The notes beneath the pieces are model-generated. The model saw nothing but the letters and a program-made list of their open reading frames with translations, had not been told where the DNA came from and ran no database searches. Of a stretch of DNA of 64,000 bases, positions 62,729 to 64,000 are shown in pieces (position 1 is the first letter of the stretch; every line of letters starts with the position of its first letter). The DNA is taken from assembly GCA_944386975.1 (NCBI GenBank), contig CALXDC010000005.1:12959-76958 (forward strand), given 5' to 3'. The stretch comes from an uncultured Oscillospiraceae bacterium (GTDB taxonomy: Bacteria; Bacillota; Clostridia; Oscillospirales; Oscillospiraceae). A program made the translations under genes and the position numbers.

Positions 62729-63214
62729 TCACAGGGGGATGCGGCGGACCAGCACGGCCCCGGCGAGACCCACGCAGATGCCGGCCACGGTTCCGGAGAG
62801 GAGGAGGGCAGGGTAGTAATAGGCCACGGCGGCGCTGCGGAGGACCGCCATGGCCACCAGAATCTGTCCCAGGTTGTGGCACACCGCCCCCGCCACGCTG
62901 ACGCCGGTGACGGAGAACTTTCCGGTGGCCTTCAGGGCCATCATCACCAAAAGGCTCAAAATCGCCCCTGCCAGGCTATACCAGAGGCTGAAGGCGTTGC
63001 CGAAGGTGAAGGCCACCAGCAGTACCCGGAGGATGGAAAGACACCAGGCAGACCGGGTTTCCAGGCGGTAGAGGGCGAAGAGGACTACCAGATTGGTGAG
63101 GCCCAGCTTTACCCCGGGGATGATGGTGGGCAGGGGCAGAAGGACCTCCACCCAGGACAACACCATGGCCAGGGCCGTCAACAGGGCGAAGCGGGCGACG
63201 GTGCGGGCGCTCAT
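62729..63214 (-). CDS. Gx-transporter family membrane protein (heptaprenyl diphosphate synthase component I-like)
   Basis: 161 aa, five TM helices. Motif GVKLGLTNLVVL. Paired with the upstream NusG-II-domain gene, as is usual for this family. Confidence 0.7.
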   Translation of the reverse strand: MSARTVARFALLTALAMVLSWVEVLLPLPTIIPGVKLGLTNLVVLFALYRLETRSAWCLSILRVLLVAFTFGNAFSLWYSLAGAILSLLVMMALKATGKFSVTGVSVAGAVCHNLGQILVAMAVLRSAAVAYYYPALLLSGTVAGICVGLAGAVLVRRIPL

Positions 63215-63588
63215 GCGATTCCTCCTCCGCTCACCGCGTCCACGGTCCCCTCGCCGCCGCCGATGATCTTCACCACCAGGCGGTGGGGCAGGCAGATGAT
63301 GGTCTCCCCGGCTCGGCGGATCTGACCGGTACGCACGCAGGTGTGGTCGCCGCAGTTGGCGTCGGTGACGGCGGCGGAGCCGTCCCGGATCTCCAGAATG
63401 TTGTAATCCGCCTCCCCGATGGTAACGGTACGGTCCTCGTGGAGAGGGTAGCGGCCCACCTCCGCCCCATCCACCGTCACCAGCACATACTGTCCCGCGC
63501 CGCTGGGACGGAGGAGGAGAAAGAGAAGACCTGCCGCCAGCAGCGGCAGGAGAATGACAAGCAGATCGCAGCGGTGTTTCATGGGCAC
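63211..63588 (-). CDS. NusG domain II-containing (DUF1312) membrane-anchored protein
   Basis: 125 aa. N-terminal TM helix. ...YNILEIRDGSAAVTDANCGDHTCV...ETIICLPHRLVV. Confidence 0.7.
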   Translation of the reverse strand: MPMKHRCDLLVILLPLLAAGLLFLLLRPSGAGQYVLVTVDGAEVGRYPLHEDRTVTIGEADYNILEIRDGSAAVTDANCGDHTCVRTGQIRRAGETIICLPHRLVVKIIGGGEGTVDAVSGGGIA

Positions 63589-63665
63589 CTCCCGCCGGGA
63601 AAAGACCCGGCTTTGTTTCCTGGAAAGAGTATACCAGACAATTCCCCTCCTGGCAAGGCGGGCAA

Positions 63666-63694
63666 TTGACAGAGGGCTGCCGGATGGGTATAAT
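63666..63694 (+). promoter_or_regulatory. consensus sigma-A promoter
   Basis: TTGACA, exactly 17 nt, TATAAT. Confidence 0.7.
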
Positions 63695-63755
63695 AGAAAA
63701 AGTTGGCGGCCTTTCTGGGCCGCCGGCCCATGGGCGCGGAAGGCCCTGTGGGAAA

Positions 63756-63791
63756 GCCGCCGCCGGTCGCGGACCGGAGGACGGCTTTTTT
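63756..63791 (+). terminator. intrinsic terminator or attenuator about 90 nt downstream of the consensus promoter
   Basis: Imperfect GC hairpin gccgccgccggtc-gcg-gaccggaggacggc followed by T6. Confidence 0.55.
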
Positions 63792-64000
63792 CGGACCCTT
63801 TTTCCGCCCGCCCCGAGGCTCCTGCCGCCTGGGAAGCCAGGCGAAGGTAGGAATTTTGTTGCTTCTTCTGTTACCTTTTGACACTTTTGTTTCCCTCCGG
63901 CCTGATGGGAAACCGCCGGAAACGCCCCGGCGAAGCCGGTTCTATTGGGGGATTTGTAGAAATTTGGCAGAAAATTGTAGTAAATCTGCCATTGACAGCC

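Noticed and set aside
63695-63860. Cobalamin or ZTP riboswitch in the leader after the consensus promoter
   Set aside because: Isolated similar strings only. There is no B12 box (GCCACUG), no GACUGGCG 5' subdomain, and the spacing is wrong.
1-64000. CRISPR arrays, rRNA genes, transposase/IS elements, toxin-antitoxin or restriction/defence gene clusters
   Set aside because: None seen. There are no regularly spaced direct repeats, no rRNA-like sequence and no DDE or HUH transposase motifs. The only recombinase is the serine recombinase at 11069-12610.

Overview
A 64-kb chromosomal window from a high-GC Firmicute, probably Clostridia (Oscillospiraceae-like). An alpha/beta-type SASP gene with a forespore-type promoter suggests a spore former. 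In order: a type II fatty-acid synthesis operon (fabH' K D G F Z plus a FabT-like MarR); a three-gene surface-polysaccharide cluster; a PdaB-like polysaccharide deacetylase gene split in two by an ~8.7-kb element; SLH/SGNH and efflux genes; tRNA-Thr; an orphan kdpDE; a bacterial microcompartment (BMC) locus; then housekeeping genes (SASP, ccdA-trx, dsdA, obg, a two-domain lysozyme, mtnN-luxS, an ECF sigma pair, rpsP, ffh, ylxM). Two regions stand out. (1) The split deacetylase gene at 10397-19826. The inserted element carries a large serine recombinase, and a 7-bp core (CCCCAGG) is repeated at both junctions. Joining the two fragments gives a colinear 252-aa protein, which resembles the skin-type sporulation intervening elements. 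The recombinase has no canonical start codon upstream of its catalytic serine. (2) The BMC locus at 39889-47541. Its gene order is pdu-like (ADH, PduL, PduM-like, BMC-P, PduS, PduT, then BMC-H/BMC-P twice). It has no acylating aldehyde dehydrogenase and no recognisable signature enzyme, and it ends in a DERA-like protein that lacks the family's catalytic lysines. Many long ORFs in the six-frame track are antisense shadow ORFs typical of GC-rich DNA and are not reported. All homology calls come from reading the translations by eye; no database search was run.
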